From positions 1 to 34,565 of IMG/VR virus record IMGVR_UViG_3300027697_000048: a DNA stretch of 34,565 bases; one strand, written 5' to 3'. Numbering within the stretch: the first letter of the stretch is position 1; each line of letters begins with the position of its first letter. A program made the position numbers and the translations under genes. A model generated the notes under the pieces. That model did no database searches, was not told the origin of the DNA, and worked only from the letters and a program-made list of their open reading frames with translations. The stretch comes from a virus (Duplodnaviria; Caudoviricetes). Positions 33,184-34,565 of the stretch are shown one piece after another.

Positions 33184-33875
33184 TGGCATTCCCAACTAAA
33201 CTTTACGAAGACTACGACCGCTCCGATACGACGTCGGAGGAGGGGTTCATGTTCATCACCCGCGACCCTGCCGCGGAGATGGATTACACCGTCAAGACCC
33301 TCAAGGAACTCATGGAGCCCGCTGGCGATTGGGCTATCGCAGAAACTCGGGCCGGTGACATCCTCAAAGCAAGATTCAACTCGGTAGAGAATACCCTGTT
33401 TACGAACGTCGACTCCAGATGGGCTACGAAACTTGCGTCCATCAAGACCGAGGTGCTTGGCAATCAGGCGGAGTTTGCCTACGGACAGTACCTCGCTGGC
33501 ATGAGTGCGGCGTTTGGGGGTGGACATACCGCTACCGCAATCTTCCAGAAGGTTAGCAGTGAGGAACGCAAACTGGCCATCATCGACGCGGCTACCAAGA
33601 ACCTGCAAAGCCTCAACTCGCTTACCTATCAGTCCACTTCTGCCATGCCGCTCGTAGTGCCACTTGAGTCGCAGTTGGTCGCCGACGCCTCCGCTTCTGC
33701 CGTAGAGGCTCACGCAATGGGCAACATCAGGTCCCAGCAAATCAGGCAATCCAAGGCGGCTGGAGCCATTCTCGAATCACTCGGACCAAATATGGGCAAC
33801 AATCCAACGCCGTACGAGGAGGTGCTAGCCTTCGCGTCGGTCAACGCCACCGGCAAGGCCGCAGTTACCAAATGA
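33183..33875 (+). CDS. Hypothetical virion (ejection-type) protein
   Basis: Ala-rich helical 230 aa after the nozzle; TAATG coupling. Confidence 0.55.
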   Translation: MAFPTKLYEDYDRSDTTSEEGFMFITRDPAAEMDYTVKTLKELMEPAGDWAIAETRAGDILKARFNSVENTLFTNVDSRWATKLASIKTEVLGNQAEFAYGQYLAGMSAAFGGGHTATAIFQKVSSEERKLAIIDAATKNLQSLNSLTYQSTSAMPLVVPLESQLVADASASAVEAHAMGNIRSQQIRQSKAAGAILESLGPNMGNNPTPYEEVLAFASVNATGKAAVTK

Positions 33876-34510
33876 ACACAATGCAACTAGGGGACTATCG
33901 CGGAGGTCGCGATAGCATCACGAACCTGATGGGTGCTGAGATTCCCCAACTCAAGAACATCAATCAGGCCGCACTTACGTTCGGCTCTCTTGGCCTTCAG
34001 GGAATGATTAAGAAGAACGTCACCCAGCAGACGTACGACCTAGACCTCAGGAACAAGATGCTTGCCAGCAGGCAGTCTCTGTCCGACCAGATGGGCATCG
34101 CCCAGAACAACTACGAGTTCCAGCGTCAGGCCGCGGCCGAGAAGCAGGCCCAGATGATGGGCATGGAGGACGATGCCATGGCTGGTCAGGAAGCCGCCAT
34201 GATGGATTGGGCGAAGAACGTCATCAATCTTTACGAGCCAAATAGCCCAGAACGCAAACAGGCCGAGGCAACCTTGGGTATGCTTCAGCAAAGACCGCGT
34301 GGAAATACCGCCTTCAACAAGGGCTACTCCACCTTCATCAACGAAAGAAACATCGGAGACATGATGAACCAAGGTGCCGCTGGTGCCGCAGGCTACCAGA
34401 AGGGAAAGATGCCGTCGGCCCCGAAGCCCGTTCCCGCCGCTAAGCAAAAAGCCCTCCCCAAGCCCACCGGAGGGTCTTGGAACCAAATTGACGCAAATCT
34501 TCATACTTAA
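33872..34510 (+). CDS. Hypothetical virion (ejection-type) protein
   Basis: Q/A/M/G-rich 212 aa; ATGA coupling. Confidence 0.55.
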   Translation: MNTMQLGDYRGGRDSITNLMGAEIPQLKNINQAALTFGSLGLQGMIKKNVTQQTYDLDLRNKMLASRQSLSDQMGIAQNNYEFQRQAAAEKQAQMMGMEDDAMAGQEAAMMDWAKNVINLYEPNSPERKQAEATLGMLQQRPRGNTAFNKGYSTFINERNIGDMMNQGAAGAAGYQKGKMPSAPKPVPAAKQKALPKPTGGSWNQIDANLHT

Positions 34511-34515
34511 CGATT

Positions 34516-34565
34516 ATGCCAGAGAAAACTAAACAGCAGAGAGACGACGAGGCCCTGCTCAGGGA
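34516..34565 (+). CDS. Start of the next gene (3'-truncated)
   Basis: ATG 5 nt after the previous stop; MPEKTKQQRDDEALLR.. is open to the window edge. Confidence 0.5.
   Translation, partial: MPEKTKQQRDDEALLR

Overview
This window is most of a tailed dsDNA phage genome with a podovirus-like layout (GC roughly 58-60%, estimated by eye). On the + strand, 1-9115 holds the 3' part of a giant (>2590 aa) virion/ejection-type protein and a membrane lysis cassette. On the - strand, 9209-16709 is an early/replication arm bracketed by two tRNA clusters. It encodes an ERF annealing protein, a RecE-like exonuclease, a lambda-O-like initiator with internal iterons, a DnaC-like loader, two ribbon-helix-helix proteins and a 63-aa histone-fold protein. 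A central switch region (16750-18628) carries a lysozyme-like gene, a PD-(D/E)XK protein, a probable pac region and a TerS-like gene. The + strand late arm runs RusA, TerL, portal, scaffold, major capsid, adaptor, collagen fibre, nozzle and ejection-type proteins. I see no integrase, DNA/RNA polymerase or methyltransferase. The most unusual items are (1) a phage histone resembling Bdellovibrio Bd0055, (2) a non-canonical alanine-identity tRNA-like RNA resembling a tmRNA tRNA-like domain with no mRNA domain, (3) tandem tRNA-Phe copies with fully compensated, different acceptor stems, (4) a lipoprotein/coiled-coil/3-TM unimolecular-spanin candidate, and (5) apparent avoidance of GATC, AGCT, GCGC and CCWGG. 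All calls come from motif recognition by eye; no searches or counts were run.
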